Shown here: in pieces, positions 35,450 to 48,299 of the stretch
How the letters are laid out: each line of letters opens with the position of its first letter
Position numbering within the stretch: position 1 is the stretch's first letter
Assembly (NCBI GenBank): GCA_977020255.1
Contig: CDROCS010000088.1
Location: 124,001-188,000 of the forward strand
Direction: 5' to 3'
Length of the DNA stretch: 64,000 bases
From: Obrimoposthia wandeli
Taxonomy: Eukaryota
Made by a program: the position numbers and the translations under genes
Notes under the pieces: generated by a model
Databases searched by the model: none
Told to the model about the DNA's origin: nothing
Seen by the model: only the letters and a program-made list of their open reading frames with translations

Positions 35450-35790
35450 TGACAAGAAATAAGTTTAAAAATTGCGAAAAACCTCGTAGCCTGAAAGAGT
35501 AATTTATTGGAGCAGCATCTCGCTAATAAAATCTGGACGTTGATGAAATGTATGAAAAATATCAACAGAATTATTGTTACTCTAATGTCAAAGTTGCTCA
35601 TTGGGAAATAAGTCTATTGATATTTTAAAAAATAAGTTAAAGAAAAAAGAAAAACTAGAACTTTGTAAAAATGCAATAAGAATTGTATCTATATTTGGAA
35701 GTAGCTCTCGATGTGAGCAGTTATTTTCTTTGAAGAAAAATCTAAAATCGGAAAACCGAACAAGATCAACCAGATCTATATAGAAGCGGG
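35450..35790 (+). mobile_element. hAT transposase C-terminal (dimerization domain) remnant
   Basis: IVSIFGSSSRCEQLFSLKKNLKSENRTR matches FGSTY.CEQ.FS.M...KS..RSR. Confidence 0.75.
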
Positions 35791-38599
35791 GCAATAAAAC
35801 TGATGAAATTTGTCACATAACGTATTTTTCTTTACTGAATACAGTGCATGTGGGTAATTAGGTCAAAGAAAGGAATTTTTAAATTATTTACTTTTCTTAA
35901 TACACTCTTGGTTTATTATCTATTATTTATAATGCATTCAAAATGAGATTATAATTACACATTGACACGTCATAATGTGAGATGATAACAAAATTTTATA
36001 TTCTCTACTAAACAGGACAAGTTACTCAAGACATTAATGGGTGATAAAACGTTCATAATAAATTAAAAAACAGTATTAATACTCATTTAACATTAAACAT
36101 TCACTATAATAGGCTGAATATCAGCTTGTGGACAGCTCAGATCATGGCTCCACTGACCAAACATAGCACAGTCCTCTGTCGGTGGATCAAAATGTTCTTC
36201 CCCACAGAGTCACACTTTTTAACTTTAAACGTGACACATAGACTGCGGAAATGGCAATAATTTAAATTACACTTAATAAACATTCATAAAGCCAATACGT
36301 TTTTGAATAATGGCATGGGCATAATTACTCAGCTCCTCAATATTTTTTTATATTTAGTTTTCGTTGTATTTTTAAAAGTTTTAAAGTTTAAAAAAGTTTA
36401 TATGATAAAAACATGTTAAAGGAGGAAGAAAGACACAATCTTCTTGAATGAATTGCAGATACCAATTTAAATCGAGAAAGACACAAAGGGAAGAGGATGA
36501 TGATGTTTAATTAGTTTGAAGTTCTCTTCTACAGCTAAAAACTGGGAAAGACAATAGAAATAGATGGGGTAGATACACTTAAATACATTAGTTGTTCATG
36601 GAAGAAGATGTTTAATATTTTACAATCCAAAACCATTCTAGTAAATCTGGATTTTGAAAAGTAAATAGGAGAAATATAGTAGAAAGAATGTCGAATGATC
36701 TTTTGAAAAAAATTCACGAGAAAGAATGACTGCTTCGAATAATATATAAATTTTGACAATGAAGAGAATTTAACAAAGATATTTAAGATGCGACGAGTTT
36801 ATTCAACCAATACAAGACTAAAAGAGTGAAGATTAGAATGATGAGGCTTTCCCCGGTGACCAGTTACAAAAATTAACTTTATAGTGAAGTTGTCAAATCA
36901 TTTAAAATCTACGACAAGTACTACGCAGATATACGAGTTAATATTGTTAGTAGTGGCAAAGGTACCCTTGGTATCCCATAAGAGATCAATTTCAATGAAG
37001 CAGTTAACCATTTAATGTTTTTACGTATTTAATTATATACAATACACATTTATTGATTTTTTTACTGTGTATTGCATACTTATTTTAATGAGTACTAAAT
37101 GACTGTGTTTTTAGAAGTACGTATTATACATGTCGTACTGTATTGAAATTCAAAGAAAATACAATTTTCAAGAAACTACAACAATTAACTGAAAAATCTA
37201 TTGTTTTCTCAACATCACTAAAGTTTCAATATCTCATTATATCTAAAATTAATTTTGTTTAATTGTAAAAGATATTCAAGTAAAACTTTTGGTATACTTT
37301 AAATTAATTGCAAAGTTTACATTACAATTAATGATTTTTTTTGTTGATATTGCTGACATTATAATTAAGGTAGAAATAAACAAAACGAAACATTGAATGG
37401 ATTGTTTACCTGTGTTTGTAGTACACCGAGTGCTCTTTAATGATTACACATTTTCAATGTAATTTAATAATAAATAAATCTTAAGCTTATATCTCAGCAT
37501 ACCAAGTGTATGAATCAAACTGGACACGACTGCATGTTAAAATAATCAATTTTAAATAAAAGTAAATATTTATAACATATCATATTTTTCATTCAAAACT
37601 GCTAAAAACCTGTAAAGGTCAAATAAAGTTTTATAAAGATTTCTTAAATAATCAAAAATTTTCCACCTCTCTGAACAATCTTGTATATAATTTATATAAT
37701 TAACTTATTTAAAATATAATTTTGTCTAAAAATAAATCAGAGATCAAAGCATAATAATTATAAAATAATTCGAAAGTGAAATTTAATTAAACATACGACA
37801 TTTTAAATATCCACATTAAGTTTCTTTTTTATGAAAAAGTTTATATTTTGAACTAAACCTGTTATATTTTTAATGGATTTATAAAATAATAATAATAGCC
37901 TTGCCAATAGATCAATATATCTAATTCACGTTTAATAATTTATTATGTCAAGCATATTTCTATAATTCATGCCATTCACGTTCGTCTAAGTTTAAAGTTT
38001 ACTAAGCCAACATGGTCAAAAGTATGGTCAAAAGTACCAACCTTATAGAAAAGAATATTTTATTTTGTCAAATAAAAATATCTTAAAATATAAATTTAAA
38101 ATTGGAATCCTGGTTTAATACCGAGTATGACCACCATTACGCTATATATCTCTACAACATGTTGCCCTAGGGAATACAATCAGGCCCATGAATCTCGACA
38201 AGAGAAAACTTTAGACCCTTAAAGGTATTTTACAAATCGACTTAAATCATGTTTTACCATTAGTAAACCCAGTAGTAGAAAAATGAAAAATAACCGATTT
38301 GTCAAGGTGCATATAAATTAAATAAATTGTTATCAGGTATGTAATCAGAAACCAGAAATATCCTACTTGCAATAATTTGTTTATGAATTCGATTTAAACC
38401 TCATACAAATTGTGTTGTGGAATCTAACTCTTGAATTATGTCTACGAAATAAAACATAATTTTTCCTAATGAATTTAGTCATTTAAATTACTATTTTAAA
38501 AAGAAATATTTTGGAAAATAGTTTTCTCTAATTTTTTACACCTCTCCCGTTTTACTTTCCCTGATCTGACCTCAATGTAATTATGTAAGGGAATTGTTG

Positions 38600-38990
38600 A
38601 ACTGATTTATCTTTCAATTTGTGGCGTTCTATTTATGTTTAATTGGAAACAACCCGGGAAATCAACCCGATAATTGCAACCAAGACACGCAGATGACACT
38701 GAAAGCTTTTTGGACAATTCTACATTTGTGCGGTCTTGCTTTGCCTTGTTCAATTGTTAGGCAATTTCGTATACCTGTTGTCAGAACAACTTGTTTCATT
38801 ATGTCAGCCACATTTATATCTGCCATTTAACATTCCCTCGACCATGATGGCCGATTTTTATTATTCAATCCATATTCCACCACAAATCATTACGCTCTCG
38901 CCGTAGTAATATTCTTTTTGATACACTCATGCAGGAATCGTTCTGTTTCCAAAGATCATATTCTCACCCTCTCCTCGTTAAAGTGAAAGT
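38600..38990 (-). mobile_element. Tc1-like transposase remnant
   Basis: Minus-strand fragments YGESVMICGGI, VEGMLNG..Y, EQGKARPH and *FPGLFPIKH match G.SVMVWGGI / QDNARPH / SPDLNPIEH. Confidence 0.65.
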
Positions 38991-40269
38991 AAACCCTTAA
39001 TTAGTCAGTCAAAATAAATTATTACAAAACTGTATTGGATACAAGTAAATGTTGTTTACAACGGTACACATACCGTTGTCTATGTAATGGACCCAATCGA
39101 AACCTTGTAACTGTTCGACGACTATTATGTCCAGCTTCGTGATATCATCTATAAGCAGTTCGTAACGAATAAGAATGTAATCCGATGTTGTAAATAAAAT
39201 TCCTGAACTGATTCCTTTCTCTAGGTGTTTTATTATTTTATTTTGTGAAGTCATGCTTTTAGGTATATACACTTCTCAGAAATTGTTTAGTTTTGTTTTA
39301 ATTTTTTTAAAGGTTTTTGAGGCCAGACGTGGTGCTGGTACGAAAATGAAATTGTCTATGAATCGAATTTTGCATGCGTATAAGGATTTCCAGTTTATTG
39401 AGTAACTTTAATATGTTTTTATAAGTAACTCACACAATACTGAATTGAGTTTATATTCCCTTTCTTTCCGATGAAACTTTGAAATATTTTATGAGTTTTT
39501 GTTATGAAAGTTGTATGATATTTGTTTATGCTATTTTGGTGTCAAATGAGTGAGAAAATTGATGAATTTTTGATAAGCATTCAGCATTGTAAACAATTTA
39601 CTAAAAATTTTATGAAACTGCACTACAATTCTCTATATATTCATAGTGGGAGAATAATATAAAAATCGATATCACTCTCCAATGAATTTGCGTTGCCAAG
39701 GGACATTCCCCACACTCCCCCATAGACACTCTACATCTGGCAATTTGTTATTGATCCCCCTCCTAGCTCACAATAGGTCGCAGCTATTTCAATGGGATGA
39801 TTTCACAATAGATCAATAAATTACCAAAGGCACCAATATATCAAAATACAATCTATGGCGCAGAATTATTGATCACCATCCCAGCAAATCCCCCTTCACG
39901 GTCATTTCAATGGGATGATTTCACTATAGATCAATAAATAACTAAGGGCACCATTATATCTACATACCATTTACAGTGCACCTGATGACCACTTTCTCAG
40001 AAAACACTTTAGAACACGTATACATAATTAATGCAAACAAATTTAACCATTAAAGATAATATACATAAACAGGAAGTCGAAAAAATGGCTTTAAACGGTG
40101 TTAAAGTATTTCAAAATAAACAAACAGTCGATTTTAGTGGACTATTTCATGAATACAGGTGATGGATAATTAGTCTCGAGATTCAATAGGAATAAAAAAA
40201 TATAACAACCACTTTTATATCGATAATAATATTGTTTTCAATTTAGTCCCATTTCTCAAAAACCTTATT

Positions 40270-40700
40270 TTCCAGCGTTCGAACAACATTTCGAAAGGTC
40301 TTTTGAAGAATTCTTCCGTCTTTTAAAGACGTTCCTCTTGTTTTTAGACGTTCTTAGAATGTTTATTGTGTTTTCATATCGCTATGAATTGGTACATTAT
40401 CACGCAAAAAAGCAAAGATTGGCCTCTTGGTGTTCGACGATGAGGTCTTGTTACTGTTTTTATTACTTCTTTCTAATCCCAGAAGATCGTAAACATGATT
40501 TTATTTCTCTATGGTTCAAAACAAAGCCCACTTGGTGAAGTTTCAACCATAAATACGCGTTGTAAATACTCATGCTTGGCATGGGAAATAAATAGACACA
40601 AGGATGCTACCCCAAGCTTTTCCAACAAATGAATGTTAGCTCAGCTGACCAGTAAAAATCGTTCTTACGCACATTTCGAAGGCAAAAATCTACTACAAAG
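40270..40700 (-). mobile_element. Possible piggyBac-like transposase C-terminal remnant
   Basis: HP..YLF...SIYNAYLW...HREI loosely matches KW..P.F...D.S..NA.LL...FRREI. Weak. Confidence 0.35.
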
Positions 40701-40934
40701 TTTTCTAATTCTTAACTGATTCAGTATATCGTCATTGTTGGATTTAAACCTTAAACTATACAAATATTTTTGTTTGTGATTTATATTTGATTACATTTAT
40801 AATTTTATACATTTTTCAATACTTTTAGAATAATAATTTAAATGGGCTTTTATTTAAATACGCTTTGTAAAAATATTTCATCATAAATTTTATCGAAACA
40901 AAACATTTCACCCACAATTTTACATATTTGAAAT

Positions 40935-42259
40935 TGCCTCGACATCGATGATATTGTTAAGATTAAGAAAGTGAAAAATAAATTAAATAATGATAATTAT
41001 ATACTAAAATTCTAACCTTAAAATCAAATGTCGAAATAAAAATTATATATCTAAAAAATTAGAAATTGTTAAAATTAGGGAATAAAAATGAAATATTTTA
41101 GGAACTTGGAGAGGTCTTGTGGATAGTGCAAGTATTTAGGGGAATAATTTTGATTAACTAGTACCAGAAAAAGATAATATCAAAATTTTGAAGAAATAAA
41201 TTAATAACGAGTGAAAAAACAACAGCAGCTATTACTCAGTGAAAATTTCAGACGCAGAATTAATCGACGCGTGAGAAACTCCAGTCGTCGACACTTAGAG
41301 TAACAGAGGTAAGTGCACTTGCTAAGTGATTTGTAAATCTAATTTTCATTCGCAGAAGAGAGAAGTAAGAAGCCGGAAATTTTGATTTAAAACGAAGCAG
41401 CCACTTAAGAGGCAGAAATTAATACACATACGGATTTGCTCAGAGAGTTGAAATAAAGAGAAGTAAGATTAAAAGTGAGAGGCAGAATTAATCGGATTCC
41501 AAACAGAATGAATTGAATAAACAGAAAAACTCGAGACAGATCGGATCGGATCTCATCGGAATAGGACGGAACGGATCAATCGGATTTTCGTGAGAAGTAA
41601 ATTATCTTAAATTGTGAAGTGAATTATCTTAAATTGTGAAGTGAATTATCTTAATTTGTGAAGTGAATTATCTTAAATTGTTATATTGAAGTTTATCAAG
41701 TTATATTGCAATTGGATTTATCTTAATCATTGTATTGATGTTTAAATTCCATAAAGTTTATTTAAGATAAATTTGAATTATATTAGTGAATACTAGTAAA
41801 CCGGAGATCGAACCACATAATCTTTAAGTTACTAGGAAGATTGTTGAAGCGTAAACTAGTAGAGGGTCATATCTTTGTTACGGTGTGTTTGAAATAATTG
41901 TTGTTAGATAAGCTACGTGTCAAATTGTTAAAACCTTTTTAGTTGTGTAATAATAAGTTCTTTTCTACAGTTAACTAGATTAATTTCAGGCACCCACATA
42001 TAGCTGTAGAGCACTATCAACCACGTTACACATCACACTACATTAGTGGGAACCACACCAGTTATTTTTGTGAACACAACTCTTTACACACCTCACAACA
42101 AAATAGTAAATAAAACCTTCAGATTTGAGACTAAGTTAAGTAAGACAAATCCAAAATAGACCACGTCCATCTGTAACCCCTCTTACTACAGAACTCACGT
42201 TGGGAGCCTCCATACGAGGATCTATCTGAATCAAAGCATTTCAAATAGAAACCCCAACA
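40935..42259 (+). mobile_element. Probable solo LTR related to the Gypsy LTR
   Basis: 41090-41145 is homologous to the LTR U3 motif and TATA region. 42110-42259 is homologous to U5 and ends accccaaca. No PBS follows and no clear TSD. Confidence 0.7.
41594..41681. repeat. 22-bp tandem repeat x4
   Basis: gaagtgaattatcttaaattgt units. Confidence 0.92.
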
Positions 42260-43284
42260 ATATTTTGTATGTTTTACTTGCAAACTTTTAAACCCTATGT
42301 CAGTTTTGTTTTGTGTTATTATTTTTCTTTTTAAATGATTTTCGTTTAAATATATATTTCATTTTCACTCCTCTTTTCCCCTTCTCGACCCATAGCTTCG
42401 TTACCTTACACTTCTTGTGTTTCTAATTTTTATTTAAAAATAGTTACCGCATCACACTTCTTGTTTCAACTATGTTTTTAAAAAAATGGAAAATTTCGAG
42501 TAGTTTTTCGGTTAAAAATTATTTTTTCTTAAATTTCATTCAATAACCTACAATGGAGAATTAATTTAAAGACTTCAACAATACAATCAATGTGTAATTT
42601 TTGAAAATTTTTTAAATAAAGTGAATTTAAATTAAAAATTCGACTTTCGTGATTTCAAAAAAAAATTATGTATTAAAATAAACTCAAATGAAAATCCATT
42701 TAGATAAACTACTATGATTTATGAAAATCATTCCCCATATATCCACGACTGCTTCTAAACAGCTTTTTAAAATTAATTTAAATAAATTTTTATCTGGTTA
42801 TTATGTAAAATATCCGATATTGAATAAGAAAAAAAATCCAACATGAAATTACTATAATCATCTATAATAAATGTTACATGAATCAAGCGCGTTCAGAAAT
42901 TCAAATAAACAAAGAGACTTGCTATGGTGTTTTCAATTGAGTGTGCCTATTGTATGTAAAATCGAATCAAATTAAGCAAAATTATGAAATATTCAATCAA
43001 ATTCAGACAGTAGTACTCATTCTTGATTGTGCATATTCTACAAGCTCCACTGCCAGATGACAGACAGCTTCAGGTGATATCATACAGGAAACGTGTGTTA
43101 TTGATTGTAAGAGGTAGTTAGCAGTTGGCCTAAGTTGGTTTCTCAATACGATGGTGCAGTGTATGATTCTTTGCTTCCTCAATTCAAACGTTGAGGACCA
43201 AATCTGCTACTCATGGCGTCTAGTCTGGCGGGAGCACTCGCTTGTTCGTAGTGTCCCCTTGGCTACGCCCTTGACATGGAAATA

Positions 43285-43966
43285 CCGTATTTACCCACAA
43301 ATTAGACGTCACCCGCATGGTACGCACACCGTATTAAAGAATAATTTGTTACACACAGATAAGTTTTAATACATTTTCAAACAAAACATGTCATTGTGAA
43401 CAACAGTAAGATTAATTTAAAAAAAACATAGAAAATTAATGATCCATACAAGTTGTACCAAGGTATCTTGGCACGTTTGTGACTTCTCTGAGGTAAAGTA
43501 TTTGATTTGATCAATTTCACTCCTTGTGTCTTCCATTTTACAAACATACCCAACTTCGTATTCTTCATCTGAATCCTCTCCATCATCATCATATGTGTCA
43601 TCTTCATTGGAATCATATCCAGTTGAGCGGTATCCTTGCCAATATTCACGAAATAGTTTATCGTACTCAGAACCGTACTTTGTATTTGATATATAACACG
43701 TTTTGAAAGCCTTTTTGAAGGACGGTACACATGTCCAGATTTGAACGGAAGGTTGAGATGACGTAGATGTATAGACTTTGACAGATGTGCATTTGTGAGC
43801 GAGTGTGAATAATGAGGATTTCCTCATGCTTAAGTTAAACTTAACATATTGCGTATTCAGCAAGATATATTCTTTAAATATATTTATGAAATATCCGCAT
43901 AAAGTAAGCACTCGGAATTTGAATTTAAAAAATCGCTGTTTCAATCTCATCTGTGGGTAAATACGG
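43285..43966 (-). mobile_element. Internally deleted pogo/Tc2-like DNA transposon
   Basis: Perfect 15-bp TIRs CCGTATTTACCCACA / TGTGGGTAAATACGG with TA on both sides. The minus ORF keeps the pogo C-terminal motif KAFKTCYISNTKYGSEYD and an acidic tail. Confidence 0.88.
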
Positions 43967-44103
43967 TATGCATTTTAATTACCCATTAATTAATGCATTA
44001 TAAATTAGTCAATTAGATCAATAGTTATTGTTTAACAAAATGTTTAGTTTTTGAATTTGGATTTCATTTTTACCGCTTTAAATTTACCTTAAATTTTGGT
44101 TAG

Positions 44104-44190
44104 CTTATGGATGTATATATATATCTTATGGTTGTATATATATATCTTATGGTTGTATATATATATCTTATGGTTGTATATATATATCTT
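44104..44190. repeat. 21-bp minisatellite x4 (cttatggttgtatatatatat)
   Basis: Seen directly. Confidence 0.92.
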
Positions 44191-44929
44191 AAAGGAAAAA
44201 AGAGTTATATTTTAGGCATCATGGAATCGAAATTATAATTAACCCAGCTTTTGGAAGCTGGAAACTAAATATTAAAAATAGTAAAGAGTTAATAATATTG
44301 TTAATAATAAATGGAAATTAAATGGGTTTGATTCAACAAAAATATTTTTAATTAACAAATACATGAAAGGAAAATCGGAGAGTCGATTTGGAATAGATTG
44401 TGCACAATATCGTTGGAAATAAACATTGAAGACGGAAAGGAGCAGTTGGATTTATTTGAAATCTTTGAGAACTGTAATTAGCTAACTAATTGATTGACAA
44501 AAGTCACTTACATCAAACAGCTCACGATTCAAGTGACAATATAGATTAAGAACAGTGAACAATTGACTGAAGGAGTAAATAGAGTTGAGTATGTATACTG
44601 ATATATATCTAAGGTGTTACAACAGGGAATACTGAATAATTTATTTATGACGATTTTATAATCCAAATTTTATGTTATTTACATGACAAAAAAGAACAAT
44701 CTAACATCAAGTTTGAAATTGATAAAAGTTACCCCCCATAATTCACTACATGATTTGATATGACCCCACAGATAATAGCCAAACTGACGGTATTTCACGC
44801 GCTGGGGTATTTGAGGATTGTTGTGTCCCAATATTACCGGAGGAATATCGTTATCGTCGCTTGGCTCCGGTTTTTCGATATTCAACCAATCTAGGTTTTT
44901 TACCAGACTTTCTACAAAATAAAATCTAA

Positions 44930-45159
44930 ACTACTCTAGATCACACTACATTAGTTTTAGGGCACTCCCAGTTATATTGTACACAACTCTTTACACACCA
45001 CACCAACAACAAAACATAGAAAGAAAACCTTCAGATTGAGACTCGAATTAAGTAAGATAAGAATAGGTAGGCCACAAACATCTGTAAGCCCTATCGCTAC
45101 AGAACTCATGTTGGGGCCTCCAAACGAGGATCTAAGATATTCAATTAGAAACCCCAACA
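44930..45159 (+). mobile_element. 3' part of another related LTR copy (5' limit unresolved)
   Basis: tcacactacattagt...cacaactctttacacacc...aaaccttcagattgagact...ctacagaactcatgttggggcctccaaacgaggatct...tagaaaccccaaca matches 42030-42259. Confidence 0.8.
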
Positions 45160-45171
45160 ATTTTAACAAAC

Positions 45172-45730
45172 CAAGAAGATACCGTTTATTTCATTCACTA
45201 CTATATACTTGATGCCATAGTTATAAAAAAATAATAACCTAAATAGAAATGTTAATTAATAACTGTCAATGTAACAAAATGGGATATCGGATTCCTTTAT
45301 TTGATTATAAATTTATTTTCAACTAATTTGTTAACTTGTAAGTAAGTGTTTCATTTATAAAATAATTTGATTATTAGAGCTAAATAAATCATTTGAATTA
45401 TACAAATTATATTATTTTTAAAAGTTTTTTTCATTTTTATGTTAATATACTCAAGTAATGCGGTTTGTTTCAATGTAGTAGACAGATGCACCTAATCCTG
45501 TCAAATACTATTGCAATTTATAATTAAGTTTATTACTGTAGACTGCAGTTCAATATTTTGTGAACAAACACAGCATCGAACTGGTATTGTAGCGACAAAC
45601 AAAGAAGATGCCGTTTATTTCATTCACTACTATATACTTTATGCCATAGTTATAAAAATATTAATAACCTGAATAGATATGCTAATAGTTAACTGTCAAT
45701 AAAAAAATTGATATCGGATTCCCTTATTTA
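45172..45730. repeat. About 130-bp direct repeat, two copies (about 45172-45302 and 45601-45730)
   Basis: aagaagatRccgtttatttcattcactactatatactt...gatatcggattcc occurs twice. Confidence 0.85.
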
Positions 45731-46339
45731 ATTCCTTTTCATTTACTTTTAAGTCATTTGTGAACAAACACACAGTTTCAACAATTTTAATTCCAAAACA
45801 ACCCTGAAAAGTCGATAAATATCAATGATTCAAATGTATCAGGGAACAGACAATTCGTTGGTAACATAGTAAAGAAAGCTCTCACTCTCATTTCCTCTCT
45901 AATTATCATTGTTATTCCGCCCGGGGTGTGAGTACTCGGGGAACTGTTTATAAATGGTTGTTTTGATTCGTGTATGTTATTTTGCAGCAAACTGGAAATC
46001 TTGTCAAATTCTTGTTTACTATTCGTTATTCCAGGTTTGTAGTTTGAAGTTATTAGAAGGAATTATATATATTTTTATTTGTAGAAAAATTATAATAATA
46101 AAAAAACGAAAAATTGCAATTTTATTTGTTAAGTCCAAAATATTTATTTACATAAAATCTGCGTTATTCATATGCATGTTTCTTTTATCCACTGCAAGGT
46201 TATACTGATATTTATCTAACATATCATCTTTTAATACTTTAGTCACTCAATATATTTTGTTTCTGTTTCTTGGTTCTTTTTTTGTGGACGCCATGTTAAG
46301 TCTAAAATATTTATTTACAAAAGTCCACATTCTTTGCTG

Positions 46340-46660
46340 TGCATCTGCTATTATCCACAATCCCACCAACAGAGGACCTAGCATAAGTCTGGTTTTGGCC
46401 ATTCAAAAGACAGGCGCTGTTCATTTTAAGATTGTAAAGGGCTCCTTCAATTTAGAAAAATGCAAGCCTCATTTGAAGTACTATTTGATTCATAGCACTG
46501 CTTCAATCCACAGGGGCATAATTATTCAAAATGAAAACAAGAAGATCGTTAATCTATCTCCGTAATCTAATTTAATCTAGCCCCTTCCTCAATCAAACAG
46601 AATCAGTTTTTGCGAAGCTGAAATCTCACACAAGAAGGCAGACGAATAGTTCTGAACTGC
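46340..46660 (+). mobile_element. IS630/Tc1/mariner-type DDE transposase remnant
   Basis: RGPSISLVLAI..GAVHFKIVKGSFNLEK...IIIQNE, then PFLNQTESVFAKLK (SPFLNPIE..F.K.K-like). Confidence 0.7.
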
Positions 46661-47249
46661 ACGAGACAACATCAGGAAGAATATAAGCGATGCAGACAGT
46701 TATACATGAAGAAATAGGAAAAGAAGAGTATGCCAACCTCAAGAATCATTAAAAGCATAATAAAGATTTTTTTAAGACGCCTACATAAAGAAAATATTTT
46801 AGGAGATCAATGTGTTTTTTATAATAAAATAATAAAAATCTTACTTTTTATTTTAATTCCGTAGTCATATTAGTTTTAAAAGCCCCTTCGCAAAATATTC
46901 ATCTTTTTGTTTCATAACATGCTCATAAAGATCACAATTAATCACCAACAAAAACAACGATTTACAATTTACAATATACACAATAGTACAAATACAAATG
47001 TATCACAGTTCACCTGACACACATCATTGTTGAGATAAGTCAGGTGTATGTATGCTGTAGTGAAATGTAGATAAATGCGTAAAACACGGAAGACTAATCT
47101 TTGTATTGAGGTATATTTATATTCATTTAGCAATACTCTTATTTCTTTTTCCATAAGATAAGATAAAGGCGAAAATAAAATTAAAAAATATTGAAGTAAT
47201 GGCAAATAGTTTCTGTTGGTGTGAGAATATGCCACTACGCGTCCAGGAG

Positions 47250-47650
47250 TGCAGATTTAATGGTCAGTCATCAAACGATTAGTAGAGCCATGATTTTGAT
47301 TCGTTTTTTCTAAATCTAATTACAGAGCAAGTCTGACAGCAATTTGGCCAAATGGAAGAAGTAAACAAGTTGTCCTTAACATCAATGTAAATAGTACAGT
47401 ATGAAGAATTACTTAAAGAAGCTTTGTTATCAACATTTGCCAAGCAAATTGGAGGACCGTCGGAGAAAAAAGTCCATTCAGGACAGAAAATACTAATTAC
47501 TTTACAGCCAGTGCAGGATTAATAATTACGGTGCGGTCAAGAGATCGTTTATCGATTTTGATCCACTAACAGTTGGCTACCGAGGTCCAGAATTGGGATG
47601 GACAAGCTCGGGGTTTCACATAAAATTTGGAAGTGCTTAAGCTAATTTGA
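47250..47650 (+). mobile_element. Possible Tc1-like transposase remnant
   Basis: Degenerate motifs resembling QDN..H.A and WP..SPDLNPIE..W. Confidence 0.4.
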
Positions 47651-48098
47651 CAGAAGTTTTAAAAACATTTGATGTCCATAGAAGATTTATTGCTGATGGG
47701 AAAAGTAACGAAACGAGGCAACGTCAAACCGATTAGCAGTGGCATCCAGTTCCCGGAAGAAAAAACGTATTTAACCGCTATACGTTTTAGACAACAGTCG
47801 AAGGCCGATTCAATTTAATTTTATCCAAATATTATACTAAAAAGAAACACACACTTTTGGGGATAATCGTACGGCAGTACGATTTACATTTTCTTCGGGA
47901 GATAATAAAATTGTAAGCTTATTTTTAATTACGTTTTTCCTTAATCAGTGTGTTAGTATAAAAATTATGCTATGCCAAATGACTGATCAAAACTGTTTGT
48001 TTGTATTCAATATAAATTTGTAAAATGAGCGTGTTGACTCGACATGATTCTTATATGTATCTTGTCTGTTTTTCACCCCCATCAACGGTACCGTGCAG

Positions 48099-48230
48099 AG
48101 GCAAGTCTACGTGTGCGTGGTCTTTTTGAAGATTGGCGAGATCGACACCATCAAAGAGCAATTCGCAGCCGACATCCTCATAAAGTCGAAATGGCGTGAG
48201 CCCAGTCTCGACTATCAACATGGCCGTGTG
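48099..48230 (+). CDS. Coding exon of a Cys-loop ligand-gated ion channel-like gene (start of the ligand-binding domain)
   Basis: Pyrimidine tract and CAG acceptor, 44 codons RQVYVCVVFLKIGEIDTIKEQFAADILIKSKWREPSLDYQHGRV, GTGAGA donor. V.V...I.EID...F.AD......W.EP.L matches the Neur_chan_LBD N-terminal motif. GC-rich codons. Confidence 0.85.
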
Positions 48231-48299
48231 GTGAGACTCTTCATTGATAACTAGCTGGTTTGTATGAAAAACAAATCCCACAAAATGTGTCGAGATACA

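Noticed and set aside
43020-43280. Possible LINE RT remnant (QGD-like motif on the minus strand)
   Set aside because: Similarity is too weak without a profile search.
152-45159. Target-site duplications for the LTR-like copies
   Set aside because: Flanks at the inferred ends do not match, so no TSDs are claimed and the 5' limits remain tentative.
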